A DNA stretch of 47,548 nucleotides from positions 1-47,548 of the IMG/VR virus record IMGVR_UViG_3300048080_000116, one strand, 5' to 3'. Below, one piece after another: positions 1 through 9,963 of this stretch. Under the pieces are notes generated by a model. That model was given only the letters and a program-made list of their open reading frames with translations. It was not told the origin of the DNA and ran no database searches. Each line of letters begins with the position of its first letter. The stretch's first letter is position 1. Both the position numbers and the translations under genes were made by a program. Source of the stretch: a virus. Its lineage: Duplodnaviria > Caudoviricetes.

Positions 1-97
1 CGGTCAAAACGCTGTACCAGCTTGAGACCACCGAACCCGAGCGGGCGGCCCTCTTGCAGATGGTCGCAACGTGCGAGGCGCTGGGGAAGGGGACGGG

Positions 98-244
98 ATG
101 AGCGATTTCCGACTACTACACTTACGGGTCGCGCTGTACACGGCTGCGCAAACACTCAAGGGCGCGGACGCTGACGAGTTCTGGGCACTCCTTGAGGAAG
201 TGCTGTCGATCAAGGAAGTAATGCGGGCCATGGAACAGAAGTGA
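98..244 (+). CDS. Hypothetical protein, 48 aa (MSDFRLLHLRVALY...)
   Basis: ATGA and GTGA overlaps at both ends; read manually. Confidence 0.6.
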   Translation: MSDFRLLHLRVALYTAAQTLKGADADEFWALLEEVLSIKEVMRAMEQK

Positions 245-705
245 TAACCCACGACGAGGCGCTGGAGCAGTTGATGCAGGTGACTGAATGGGCAATGGCA
301 AAGCCGCATTGTGACACCGGATACCGAGGCGACGATCACGAACCGTGTCACCAGCAGCGAGAAGTCTGGGAGGCGGAATTGTTGAAGCGAGCCAACACCG
401 CCCTCGCCGCCGTCGAGCAGGCCACGCCGGAGGGGGAAGTCGATAGCTTCGAGAAGAAGTATCACGACGCAATGGCGATTCTAGCTCAATGGGGAAAGGT
501 CGATACAGCCGTACTCATGGCCGAGCGGGACGCCCTCCGGTCGCAACTCGACGGGGCCGTGCGGGCAACGTGGGAGGCGGCGGCGACGTATGTCGGCGAT
601 CACGCTGATCATCGGCAACACGGGCCACTGCTGCGGCGGCCGAGCTACGAGCAGCTTGAGGCGTCCATGCGCGCCCGTGCCGCCACGCTGACGGACACGC
701 CATGA
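241..705 (+). CDS. Hypothetical protein, 154 aa
   Basis: 4-nt overlaps with both neighbours; protein-like composition. Confidence 0.7.
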   Translation: MITHDEALEQLMQVTEWAMAKPHCDTGYRGDDHEPCHQQREVWEAELLKRANTALAAVEQATPEGEVDSFEKKYHDAMAILAQWGKVDTAVLMAERDALRSQLDGAVRATWEAAATYVGDHADHRQHGPLLRRPSYEQLEASMRARAATLTDTP

Positions 706-1439
706 TTCTGCCCGCCCGCTGGCTCCGCTTCGCGTACCTCGTCGCCCAGCATCCGCTACATCTGCACCGGGCGCTGGTGCGCCGGGGCTTGGCCCTCGGC
801 TGGGTGGACGACTTTGCGCGCGTCTGGGATGCGCTCCGACCGCCGAGCGTGCCCGTCACGGACTACGCGGCCTTCCAGGCGCTGCAATATCAGTATGCCT
901 CCGCCTTCCGGGACCGCTATCCCGGGGGGGATCATTGGGACGATGTCGGGGCCCAGCGGGCGCATCTCTTCCGCTTGCTCCATCGCCGCGAGTGGCACCC
1001 GCTCCGCTGGTGGTCGGCGGCGTGGGCGCTGCGCAAGTGCCGCACCATCCTCGAATACGGCGCCGGGGCCGCCCCGTTCACCCATGGCATGCTCACCGCG
1101 TGGCCCGGTCGGCTGCCGACCTGCACCGTGGCCGATCAGCCGGGCCTCTTGCTCGACTACTGCCGGCTGCACTTCGCCGACGAGGACCGCGTGCTCGTGG
1201 AAGAGGCGGAGCTGGCGCTGGCGTTTCCCTACGACGGCATCGTGTGTACGGAGGTCTTCGAGCATCTGCCCGACCCCACGGTGACGGCGTGCCGGATGAT
1301 GGCGCAGGCGCGGGTCATCGTGTTCGATTACGTGGACACCGACCAGCAGGACCGCGAGACGCTCTTCGGGCTCTTCCGCGCCCACGGCACGCTCACGGGG
1401 CCGACCTGGCAGGGGCTCTATGTGTGGACGCGGAGATGA
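702..1439 (+). CDS. Class I SAM-dependent methyltransferase (probably not a DNA MTase)
   Basis: ILEYGAGAAP (motif I) and YDGIVCTEVFEHLPDP, typical of Methyltransf_11/23-like enzymes. Confidence 0.8.
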   Translation: MILPARWLRFAYLVAQHPLHLHRALVRRGLALGWVDDFARVWDALRPPSVPVTDYAAFQALQYQYASAFRDRYPGGDHWDDVGAQRAHLFRLLHRREWHPLRWWSAAWALRKCRTILEYGAGAAPFTHGMLTAWPGRLPTCTVADQPGLLLDYCRLHFADEDRVLVEEAELALAFPYDGIVCTEVFEHLPDPTVTACRMMAQARVIVFDYVDTDQQDRETLFGLFRAHGTLTGPTWQGLYVWTRR

Positions 1440-1867
1440 TACCGCGCTGCCCGCGCTGCCGTGCCCTCACGCGGGAGGACAACCAGTTCACCGCAGACGC
1501 GCAGGTCTACGGCTGCCCCCAGCGCCGCTGGCTCTGCTCGAACGGGCATTCGGTCTACACCGGGCTCCCGGATACCACGCTCCCGTCTCGGATGGTGACC
1601 CCCGCAGTGCGCGTGCGGGGCCGCGCGGTTACCAAGCGATGCGCGTACTGTGCCGAGCCGTTCGAGGGGTCTACCCAGCAGAAGTACTGTAGCGAGGTCT
1701 GTATCCGCGCCCGTGACGTCGAGCGCACGCAGCACCGGAAGCTGGCGGCGCGTCGGATGACGGCGACGGCGTTGCGGCGCGTGCGGGCCGTGCCGTGCTC
1801 CCCGCGCCGGACGGCGCCGTCGGCCTACGCGCCGCGGCCGAGGTCGCTCAGCAAGGCGTGGGTGTGA
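1436..1867 (+). CDS. Cys-rich zinc-binding protein
   Basis: CPRC, CSNGH, CAYC...KYCSEVC; ATGA coupling at 1436. Confidence 0.65.
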   Translation: MIPRCPRCRALTREDNQFTADAQVYGCPQRRWLCSNGHSVYTGLPDTTLPSRMVTPAVRVRGRAVTKRCAYCAEPFEGSTQQKYCSEVCIRARDVERTQHRKLAARRMTATALRRVRAVPCSPRRTAPSAYAPRPRSLSKAWV

Positions 1868-2241
1868 CCGTGGCCAGCGAGGTGCGCCATGGCCCACACC
1901 CGCGCTTCCGCACGCCGCTCGGCCGGGGCCGGTTCTCGGTCCTCGTGGTGTGCGGCTATACCAAGCGCGACGGCTGGGCCGCGGGCGGGGTGCGCGCGTA
2001 TCAGTACGCCTCCCGTCGGCAGGCCAAGCGCCGGAACGAGCTCCTCGCCCTGCGCTCCTGCTTCCTCGATTGGTGGCTTCGTGAATGGAACCGGCAGGGT
2101 GGCACCTACGCCAGCGCCGTGACGCAGCTCCGGGGCTACCCGATCCGGCCCGCCCGGTTCAGGCGGCGGCGCGGGCTCTGGGCGCTCGAGGTGCGGGATC
2201 TCGGCTGGTGGATCCGGGCGCTGTGGGCCGGGTGGCGGTAA
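1864..2241 (+). CDS. Hypothetical Arg/Trp-rich protein
   Basis: GTGA overlap with upstream gene. Confidence 0.55.
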   Translation: MTVASEVRHGPHPRFRTPLGRGRFSVLVVCGYTKRDGWAAGGVRAYQYASRRQAKRRNELLALRSCFLDWWLREWNRQGGTYASAVTQLRGYPIRPARFRRRRGLWALEVRDLGWWIRALWAGWR

Positions 2242-2266
2242 ATATGGTATCCACGAAGGAGACGAC

Positions 2267-2467
2267 ATGAAACTGTTTCAGTACGGCGTGATCCTGCATC
2301 CGACCGAGGATGAGAAGAAGGCCGGGAAGTCCAGCCTGCTGGTGCTGGGCATCGAGACGGTGCTGGCGGTGGATCAGAACGGCGCCGTGATGCAGGCGGC
2401 GCGCGCGATCCCTGCCGAGCACATGGACAAGCTCGACCGGCTGGAGGTGGCGGTCCGCCCTTTCTAG
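2267..2467 (+). CDS. Small phage protein, 66 aa, with possible -1 frameshift extension to 2655
   Basis: AAGGAGA RBS; ends C-CCT-TTC-TAG. Confidence 0.8.
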   Translation: MKLFQYGVILHPTEDEKKAGKSSLLVLGIETVLAVDQNGAVMQAARAIPAEHMDKLDRLEVAVRPF

Positions 2468-2677
2468 CCTCGGTCCCCGCACAGGCGAAGGCCGGGGCGC
2501 GCCACGACATGCTCACCCCAAAGGGGGGCGGTCTCCAGAATGTGGGAGTTACGGCGGGTGTTGTGAACTACATGAGTTCCGTGCCCACGGCGAGCTACAC
2601 GTCCGCGTCGGCCGCGTTGGGTTCGATTACACTGGGTTCATCCGGCACGCGCTAACCGATCAGGTGCCCAAGGACGA

Positions 2678-3007
2678 TTAGTTCTTGGGCACCACCGCGC
2701 ACCGCAAGCGCCCCTCGATCCCCCAGTCCCCAGCCACCTCCGCCAGCATCGCGCGCTCCCGTGCCGTGATCCGCAGCGTGACCTCCTTCGGCTCGTGCGT
2801 GATCGCCTCCCGGCTGAACGGGCTCTCGCGGTCCTTGATGGCGCTGATCGGCGTGTCGCTGACGTGCTGGAGCGCCTTGGGGGCGAGGACCGCCACGACC
2901 TTGCCCGCGATCGGCCCCCCGAAGGCCGTCGCGCCCATCACGGCGGCCCCGACGACGGCGCCCTTCCAGTTGTTCCGGATGAGAGTCGCAAGTTTCGCGC
3001 GCATCAT
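2678..3007 (-). CDS. Membrane-associated protein next to lysozyme (holin/lysis accessory candidate)
   Basis: AAGGAG RBS before ATG 3007; hydrophobic Gly/Ala-rich N-terminus. Confidence 0.6.
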   Translation of the reverse strand: MMRAKLATLIRNNWKGAVVGAAVMGATAFGGPIAGKVVAVLAPKALQHVSDTPISAIKDRESPFSREAITHEPKEVTLRITARERAMLAEVAGDWGIEGRLRCAVVPKN

Positions 3008-3086
3008 GGACTCCTTCTGGACCGTCGCGCGTGACAGCGGCAGACCCAGACGAACAAGCCGCACCGCTGGCACCGAGTCCGGCCGC

Positions 3087-3494
3087 TCAGACCCATGTGT
3101 CCGTCTCCATTTGTCGCGCCAGGCGGTCCGCCCGTGCGCCGACCTGCCGGGCCCACGTCGAGTCGAGCATCTCGGCCGCCGCCGTCTCGTAGTCCCCGGT
3201 TTCCAGCGCGACGTACATACTGCGGAACTGCATCAGCCCAGCAAATCCGAGATTGAAGCACATGTTGAGCAGCACGCCTTTGCGCGCGTCCGAGAGCCGC
3301 TGCCAGATGGGGAGCTGCCGACAGGCCGTGTCGGCGGCCTGGAGGTCGTCGGCGAGGATTTGCGCCATCGCGTCCTCGGACAGCGCGCCCGTCGTGAGGT
3401 TGTGTCCGTAGCCCACGGTCCAGACCCCGCGCGTGTCCTGATAGGGCTGAGGCCGGCGGCCCTCGTCGCGCTTGAGCTGCTCCAGGATCGTCAT
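3087..3494 (-). CDS. Endolysin, T4-lysozyme-like (GH24-like) muramidase, 135 aa
   Basis: LKRDEG-x-YQDTRGVWTVGYGHNL (E/D/T catalytic pattern), LNMCFNLG, MLDSTWARQVGARADRL. Confidence 0.92.
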   Translation of the reverse strand: MTILEQLKRDEGRRPQPYQDTRGVWTVGYGHNLTTGALSEDAMAQILADDLQAADTACRQLPIWQRLSDARKGVLLNMCFNLGFAGLMQFRSMYVALETGDYETAAAEMLDSTWARQVGARADRLARQMETDTWV

Positions 3495-3826
3495 TCGACA
3501 ATCCACGGGCACGACTTCGCGAACGCGCCCGGATGGAACTGTTTCCTGAACTCTGTCCGTTCTTCCGGCGTCATGGCGACAATGCACGCCGTGCGGTCCT
3601 GCGAGGTGCGGAGCGTCACGTGTTCTTTATTCCCGGCTAGGACCGCCTCTTTGGTGAGGTAGCCCGAGAAGAGGATCGACAGAATGAGGCCGAGGACCGC
3701 CAGGGCGAGATAGACGCCCATCCCTCGGGCGTTGAGCTTGAAGCCCCTGTAGCCGATCTCCAGCCCGTTGCTCCGCCCCTCGTGGTCGGTGCAGCCGTCC
3801 GCGTCCCCTCGGCGGCGGTCGGTCAT
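3491..3826 (-). CDS. Single-pass membrane protein, holin candidate
   Basis: One clear TM segment (GVYLALAVLGLILSILFSGYL) directly upstream of lysozyme with ATGA overlap. Confidence 0.55.
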   Translation of the reverse strand: MTDRRRGDADGCTDHEGRSNGLEIGYRGFKLNARGMGVYLALAVLGLILSILFSGYLTKEAVLAGNKEHVTLRTSQDRTACIVAMTPEERTEFRKQFHPGAFAKSCPWIVE

Positions 3827-3828
3827 GG

Positions 3829-5388
3829 CTACTCCGCAGCTTTCAAAATCTTCTTCTCGTCGGCCGTGGGCCCCGCTGGACGCTCGGTGTCCTCAGCCAT
3901 GAGGGGGCTTCGCAAAGCGATGGCAAGCGCAGCGAGCTTCGGATGGTCGAGAAAGGGACCATGCTTCATGGCGGCTTCGAGGAGCTTCCGACCGGGTTCG
4001 GTCATCAGGGCCTTCTCGACCGTATTCATGGCTTGGAAGGTGAGCGCGCCCGCTGCGGCAGAGAGCGCATAGGCCCCCGGCCCTTGCTGGCCGGCATAAT
4101 GGCTCAGGCCGCTGCCGAACGCGAGGCTCCCGGCGAGTCGTCCAGCCGCCCGAAAGATCGTGCTCGCACCTTCTGCGGGCGGTAACCGAGGGGAGTTTTT
4201 CACGATGGCCTTGAGCGTCGATTCAATGGCCGCTCGCTCTTCTGGAGCGAGAAGGCGCATAATGTCGGCGGGGTCCTTCCGCATCCATTCGAGCACTTTG
4301 GCAGGCTTGAGTTCAAGGACCGTCGATGCGCCAACGTGACGTTCCGCCATCCCCTGCAAGCGCACATAGTCGCCCAGGGTATCACTCGCCACTTCCTTCT
4401 TGAACGACTCGTTCGCTGTTTTCAGAAGATTGGTGGCCGTGCCGGGCTGTTGCGCGGCAGATTCGAGATCCGCCAGCATCGCCTTGCGTATCTGAATGGC
4501 CCGTCCCCACGGGAGGCTCCCATCCCGCAACCCATCTTGAATCTTGGCGCGGAGTGATTTGGAAGCGGCCCAGAGATTCTCGAACTGGACGGCTGGAACA
4601 TCCGTGGTGAGACGCCGAGCCACGGCCTCAGTCGGTGGCTGGGCGAGTGAGGCCGTCATGCCCATCCAGGTCTTGAGCTCCCCCACCACGGTCTTGAGCC
4701 CCGCGCTCTCTAGGCTCTGAAGCGGATTCTTGAGAATCTGGGTTTCGATCTCCTGCGTGACCGCGGCCACATGGGGCACCCACATCGTGGGGTTCATGCC
4801 TTCCACCTGTGCGTAAATTGGCCCGGATGCCTGTTTCGGCAACAGACTTGGCCCGAGTCCTTCCATTGCCGCGCGACCCATTTCATGGCGGGCAACGGCT
4901 GATCCCGGCAACATCTTCGCACCAATCTCCAGCGCCTTCCGACCCACGCCCCCAGCCATGCGCATCGCCGGCCCGAGACCACCGGCTACACCGAGTTGCG
5001 TGGCACTCCACGGCTCAAGCCCGAGCGCCATGTTGCCCGCGGTGCCGAGCATACTGCCCGCAGATTCTCCTACGATACGCCCCGGTGTCCCGAGTCGCCC
5101 GCCAAGCGCCGCGCCCCCTAGGGCGCCAATCGTGGGCAAGGCGGACTGCTTCCCGAGATTCCCGAGTGTCTTCAGTTGCGCAAGCGGGCTTCTCGCAGCA
5201 AAATAGGCGTCAATCTCCTGCTGCCTCGTGTTCTGCTTCGTCTCCGGCTTCGTGACATATTGCTCCGGCGTGGCCCCGACACCACTCGCGGGCCCGATCA
5301 CTTCGAATCCATCCGGCACACTGTCGCCGGAGCCCTGATACAGATCGTTCGTCCCGAGGCGGCGAATGATGACGTCGTTCTCTGCCAT
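3829..5388 (-). CDS. Probable internal virion / DNA ejection protein, 519 aa
   Basis: Position after tail genes; helical Ala/Gly/Leu-rich with hydrophobic Gly segments. Confidence 0.6.
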   Translation of the reverse strand: MAENDVIIRRLGTNDLYQGSGDSVPDGFEVIGPASGVGATPEQYVTKPETKQNTRQQEIDAYFAARSPLAQLKTLGNLGKQSALPTIGALGGAALGGRLGTPGRIVGESAGSMLGTAGNMALGLEPWSATQLGVAGGLGPAMRMAGGVGRKALEIGAKMLPGSAVARHEMGRAAMEGLGPSLLPKQASGPIYAQVEGMNPTMWVPHVAAVTQEIETQILKNPLQSLESAGLKTVVGELKTWMGMTASLAQPPTEAVARRLTTDVPAVQFENLWAASKSLRAKIQDGLRDGSLPWGRAIQIRKAMLADLESAAQQPGTATNLLKTANESFKKEVASDTLGDYVRLQGMAERHVGASTVLELKPAKVLEWMRKDPADIMRLLAPEERAAIESTLKAIVKNSPRLPPAEGASTIFRAAGRLAGSLAFGSGLSHYAGQQGPGAYALSAAAGALTFQAMNTVEKALMTEPGRKLLEAAMKHGPFLDHPKLAALAIALRSPLMAEDTERPAGPTADEKKILKAAE

Positions 5389-7022
5389 TAGGGAGTCCCC
5401 CCGACACGTTTCCAGTTCCCCTTTGGGGGCTCAGTGGATCGCCACGGTTCAAGTGTTGCATCGCCGGGGAGGCGCATCCCCGCCTTGAGCATGGCGCCCT
5501 TCAGCAAATTATCGAAGAACTCCGGCTCCAGCAGCTTGCTCTTCCCGGTTGCCGCGAGCGTCTTGGTGACCTCCATGGAGATCTTCGTGAACTTCTCCAG
5601 ATAGTCAATCTTCGCCAGCATATCCACCGCGCCGCCTTTCTCACGACCGGTCGGTGTGCTCATGCGCGCGACGGTTGCTTCAAAGGGTGTCAATTGCTTC
5701 CCGCCGAGGGCAAAATAGCCCTTCTGAAACAACCCCATGAGCGCCTCGAATTGCGCGAACTTTTCGTCCACCGCGCCGCCCCCCAAGGCGGCTGGCGCGT
5801 TCGCCTGATAGAACATCTTCGCGCGCTCAACCGGGTTTTTGAGGATACCTGTATAGGTGTTGATTTCCTTTGCTGTGAACGCCTTGAACTGGGCAATCAC
5901 ACTGAGGTTATCGAGGTGCCCGGCCATGATCTTCTGCTGTGTCTCATTCATGGGTGTTGCCCCGACCACGGCCGCCGTGCGTTGGCCGGCCGCTTCGGCT
6001 GTGGCGGCGATGAGGGCGTTTTTCTGCTCGACAAGAGCCGCCCGCTTCACAGGATCTTTTTCCTTCTGGATTGCTTGCACAAGACGCTCAAGCCCGGGTT
6101 TCCGCTCTTCCAGGAGGGCTTCGCTGATCTTTGCGAGCTGGTCAGGTCGTGGAGCCTTCGGATTCCACTGCCCGAATGTCGGGTCTGTCGAGGCCAGCGC
6201 CCCGCCCATGCGGTTCACATCAAATCCATAGTTGACCGGCGTGCTCTCCTCGATAGCGGCCAGTGCCCGCTGCTGTATCTCTGTTTGTGTGCCTGGCGGG
6301 AGTGATCGAATAGTCGAGCCCATGAACTTCAGAAAGTCTGCCTCTGTGCCGGGTTTCTTGAGCAAGCCACGCGCCGCCAGCGGATTCGCCGCGATGAGGG
6401 AGGCATACTGCTCGACCGGCACATGATCGAATCGCCCGCCCCACTTCGGGTCACGGGGATTTTCTCCCACGGTCATCAACCACACGGCGGCGTCGTTCGC
6501 GCCTTCCAATTCACTCTTGGGATAGTTGGCCAGCTTCTCTGGATCAGACCCAGGTGGGAGTCCCCCATACTCGATCGGCGTCTTCATTTTCTGCTGGTAG
6601 CCGTAGAGACGCACCGCCCGGTTCGGGTTCTCGATCATCTTATCTGTCGTTTGCTCTTGTAATTTGAGACGATCAAGCAGATCCCGCCTATTCTCAGAAG
6701 AGGTCTGATTTTTCACCTGTTGTGTCTGGAGACCCAGATTCGCCAGTCCCAGCTGGTTCTGGAAGCCCTGCTGGGCGCTCCCGAGCTGCTGCTGCCGGAT
6801 CGCCAGCGCCTGCTGGACGGCGGGATTGGGCTCGCCCCGATAGCCCGCGGCGATGCCCTGGAGCGAGACGCCGAGCTGCGAGATCGGATCCTGCGACAGC
6901 AGCGGCTGGGCCTGCGCCTGCCGGATCTGCGCGAGCGCCTCCATGAGCGCGGTATTCGCCGGGTCCACGCCCGAGCCCATCTGGCTGGCGATCTCGTCGG
7001 CCGGAATGAATCGCTCGGTCAT
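5388..7022 (-). CDS. Probable internal virion / DNA ejection protein, 544 aa
   Basis: Gln-rich helical N-terminus; 1- and 4-nt overlaps; synteny with podovirus ejectosome genes. Confidence 0.6.
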   Translation of the reverse strand: MTERFIPADEIASQMGSGVDPANTALMEALAQIRQAQAQPLLSQDPISQLGVSLQGIAAGYRGEPNPAVQQALAIRQQQLGSAQQGFQNQLGLANLGLQTQQVKNQTSSENRRDLLDRLKLQEQTTDKMIENPNRAVRLYGYQQKMKTPIEYGGLPPGSDPEKLANYPKSELEGANDAAVWLMTVGENPRDPKWGGRFDHVPVEQYASLIAANPLAARGLLKKPGTEADFLKFMGSTIRSLPPGTQTEIQQRALAAIEESTPVNYGFDVNRMGGALASTDPTFGQWNPKAPRPDQLAKISEALLEERKPGLERLVQAIQKEKDPVKRAALVEQKNALIAATAEAAGQRTAAVVGATPMNETQQKIMAGHLDNLSVIAQFKAFTAKEINTYTGILKNPVERAKMFYQANAPAALGGGAVDEKFAQFEALMGLFQKGYFALGGKQLTPFEATVARMSTPTGREKGGAVDMLAKIDYLEKFTKISMEVTKTLAATGKSKLLEPEFFDNLLKGAMLKAGMRLPGDATLEPWRSTEPPKGNWKRVGGTP

Positions 7023-8368
7023 GCCCGGCTCCCGAAGAGCTGCGCGTACTGGTCAAAGAGGCTCGGCTGGCCCGGCGCCCCCGTGAGGGCATTGGCGGGG
7101 GAGCCTGTCACGCTGGGCGCATTGAACGCGCCGCCCGCGGCCCCGAGGACCGGCACGAGTTGCGCGAGGGTCTGCAAGAAGTTCGGCGACGCCCCGGTGC
7201 TGGTCTGCACCGAACTGCTCCCGCCTTGCCCCGTGAGGAGCCGGAGCAGCTCCAGCGGGATCTGGCTCTGCGTGCGCGCCGTGTCGGTGTAGGCGCCGAA
7301 CGGGATCTGCGCCTGGTTCATCTGCGCCGCGGCGAGATCCGCGCCGAGTCGAGGCAACTGCGTGGCGTAGGCGAGCCGCTGCGCGTCCACGTTGCCGCGA
7401 TTCATCGCCCGCTGCGCGTTGCCCTGGGCCACCACCGGGCCCATCGCCGCGGCCGGGGCGCCCTCTCGGAAGACCTCTGCACCGCCCGCGAAGCCACGGC
7501 CGCGCAGGCTCTGGAGCGCGGCTTCCAGCGAGTTCGCCGTCTGGTAGTCCACCGAGGCGTTCTGGCCGCCGAGGATGTTGTCGAAATACCCTTGCGCTTG
7601 GGGATTATTGAGCGTGGGCACGTTGCCCTGCGAGAACCCGAGCGCGTTCTGGCCGATCGCCGCCTGGATCGCCGGGTTCAGTTGCGGGATGGCGTTGATC
7701 TGGCCTTGCAGGAGCCCCTGCGGCCCCTGGAGATTGCTCGACGCCTGCCCCGCCGCGCCCTGCAATCCCGTCCCGCCTGTATACCCGCCTGCCCCGGCGC
7801 CCCCGGCCGTGACCGTGCCCGGCGAGCCGAGGAGCTGCTGCACCTGCGGGCTGGTGATCGCGTTCGGCGTGGTCGTGGTCGTCTGCGTCGCCGTCCCCGG
7901 CTGGCCCACACCGCCGGCGCCGAAGAGCCCCGCAATGGCCGCGGCAGAGAGGCCCAGCCCCGCAAAGGCCGAGAGCGTGCCGGGCACCAGCCGGAGGGTC
8001 TGCTCGAGGGTGCTGAGTTGCTGCGGTGACGCCGGTGCCCCCGTCGGCAGATTCGTGCCGGTCTGTGGCGTCGAAGGCTCCGCGCCGGGGAGTCCCGCGA
8101 TGCCGCCCGACGGCGCTGGTGCCTGGAACGTCGGATCAATGGCCAAGACCTGCGCCAGCGTGAGCGGTGGACTGCCGGGATTCTGCGTATCGAGAAAATA
8201 CTGCTGCTCACCGCCGAGGTTCGGCGTCAGACCTGGCCCGAGCGTGAGCCAGTCAAGAAAGCCGGGGTCGGCGAATAGCCCACCCCAATCAATGCCCGGC
8301 ACGTCGTAGGTCTGTCCCCCGCCGAACAGGTCGGGCAGGAAACTGGTATCCGTCGAGAACTCAGCCAC
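7019..8368 (-). CDS. Probable ejection/pilot protein, 449 aa
   Basis: Gly/Ala/Gln-rich low-complexity; GAGGTGAGG RBS; synteny. Confidence 0.6.
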   Translation of the reverse strand: MAEFSTDTSFLPDLFGGGQTYDVPGIDWGGLFADPGFLDWLTLGPGLTPNLGGEQQYFLDTQNPGSPPLTLAQVLAIDPTFQAPAPSGGIAGLPGAEPSTPQTGTNLPTGAPASPQQLSTLEQTLRLVPGTLSAFAGLGLSAAAIAGLFGAGGVGQPGTATQTTTTTPNAITSPQVQQLLGSPGTVTAGGAGAGGYTGGTGLQGAAGQASSNLQGPQGLLQGQINAIPQLNPAIQAAIGQNALGFSQGNVPTLNNPQAQGYFDNILGGQNASVDYQTANSLEAALQSLRGRGFAGGAEVFREGAPAAAMGPVVAQGNAQRAMNRGNVDAQRLAYATQLPRLGADLAAAQMNQAQIPFGAYTDTARTQSQIPLELLRLLTGQGGSSSVQTSTGASPNFLQTLAQLVPVLGAAGGAFNAPSVTGSPANALTGAPGQPSLFDQYAQLFGSRA

Positions 8369-8406
8369 GGTGCCTCACCTCCTTGCAACGTCTCACGGTA
8401 TGCATC

Positions 8407-9963
8407 TTACCCGAACGTGCCCCCGCCCCCGAGCCACTGGGGCAAGTTGCCGCTGCCTGCCAATTCGAGCATCCGCTGATTTTGCTCCTGGAGCAGCCGG
8501 TCCTGGTAGGCCTTGTTGGCGGCGACGCCTTGTTGCGCGATGGTGGCCTGCGCGCTCGGGCTCACCTGTCCGCCCAGAAACGGCAAGAGTTCGGCGAACA
8601 TCGGCGCCAACCGTGACTGACTGAAATTCGGGTCGAGCCGCGTCAGGAGCGCCTGGATGCCTTGGAGCCGACCGCCGGGTGTGGTGATGGTCACCATTTC
8701 CCCAGGTGTGGGCCAGTTGGGCAGGTCCGCTTGCGTGTAGCCGCCCTGGTACTCCTCCACGCCCTCGATATACGGCCGTGCGTCCCCAATCTGTGGGCCA
8801 TAGAACCACCGCGAATCCAAGTCACGAAGCGCGGACATGGGATCTTGCGCCCGAAGGGCCTCATCATAGGGTGCTCCGAGTTGCGCCAGCTTGTCGCGTG
8901 CCGCGATATTGGCGAGGACCGATTTGACCGTGAGGAGACCGGACTCGGACTCAAAGCCGGAGACATCAACAGGCGACACACTTGGGCCCCCTGGGAGCGT
9001 GCCATGCCGCCCACCCTGTGTGGAGATGAATTGCGATACCGCCGGTTTCGCGCCGATCCCAGTGGATGCGCCTTCGATGATGCCGGGCAGCGCCTGGAGC
9101 TGCTGCTCGGGCGTCATGGCCGAGAACGCCTGGAGCATCGAGTCATAGGCCCGGCCGCCGCCTTCCAATTGTGGCCACGCTACCCCGAAATCGCGCCGGA
9201 TGTTGCGCGTGTCCCGAAGCGCGGACTGGATCTTGTTGGCCCGCTGGGCGTCTTCGTTGGAGGCCCAGAGCCCGAGGCCCGCCAATGGTAGGGCGAGGGT
9301 GCCCAGCACGGGCGCCACGGCGCTTGAGAGCGCCGTCCCGGCCCCACCGAGCGCCCCTGTGCCACCCAGCGCCGCCACACCACCGAGCGTGCCTGCCCCG
9401 CTGGCGATCGCGCCCGGAATGTTGCCCTGCTGGATTGCGTTGGCGATGCCGAGCCCCCCTGCGCCGAGCCCCAACAGCCCGCTCAGCGCCGGGAGATAGC
9501 CCCCGAGCCCGCCGAAGGCGTTGCCGCCGAGCAGCTGGTTGGCGGTGTTGAGTCCGCCTACGCCGCCGCCCAGTGCGCCGAGCGCACGCCGGATCGCGTC
9601 CACCGTGGGGTTCCCGCTCGGATTGACGTTGATCTGCCCGCCAAGATTGCCGGATCTCGGGGCCGTGCTCCCCGTGAACGGCGTGAAGCGCGCCTGAGCT
9701 CCAGGCTGACCCGCAGGTTGCGCGCCAGGTTGCGCGCCAGGCCCCGGTGTCGCCCCCAGCGGAGCCTGCGAGGGCGCCGCCCCGGTCCACGGCGTGAAGC
9801 GCGGCGTCGGCGCTTGCGGAGACGGTGGCGGGGCGCTGCCCAGCGGGGCGCTGCCCAGCATGCCACGGAGCCCAGGCGGAAGGTTCGCCGTGGTCGGCGG
9901 AGGCGCGGTCGGCACCATCCCGTGGAGCGCCTGCAACAGATCCGGCGGTAGCTGGAGGGCCAT
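8407..9963 (-). CDS. Probable ejection protein, 518 aa
   Basis: Pro-rich N-terminus, long Gly/Ala/Leu hydrophobic stretch; TGATG coupling. Confidence 0.55.
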   Translation of the reverse strand: MALQLPPDLLQALHGMVPTAPPPTTANLPPGLRGMLGSAPLGSAPPPSPQAPTPRFTPWTGAAPSQAPLGATPGPGAQPGAQPAGQPGAQARFTPFTGSTAPRSGNLGGQINVNPSGNPTVDAIRRALGALGGGVGGLNTANQLLGGNAFGGLGGYLPALSGLLGLGAGGLGIANAIQQGNIPGAIASGAGTLGGVAALGGTGALGGAGTALSSAVAPVLGTLALPLAGLGLWASNEDAQRANKIQSALRDTRNIRRDFGVAWPQLEGGGRAYDSMLQAFSAMTPEQQLQALPGIIEGASTGIGAKPAVSQFISTQGGRHGTLPGGPSVSPVDVSGFESESGLLTVKSVLANIAARDKLAQLGAPYDEALRAQDPMSALRDLDSRWFYGPQIGDARPYIEGVEEYQGGYTQADLPNWPTPGEMVTITTPGGRLQGIQALLTRLDPNFSQSRLAPMFAELLPFLGGQVSPSAQATIAQQGVAANKAYQDRLLQEQNQRMLELAGSGNLPQWLGGGGTFG

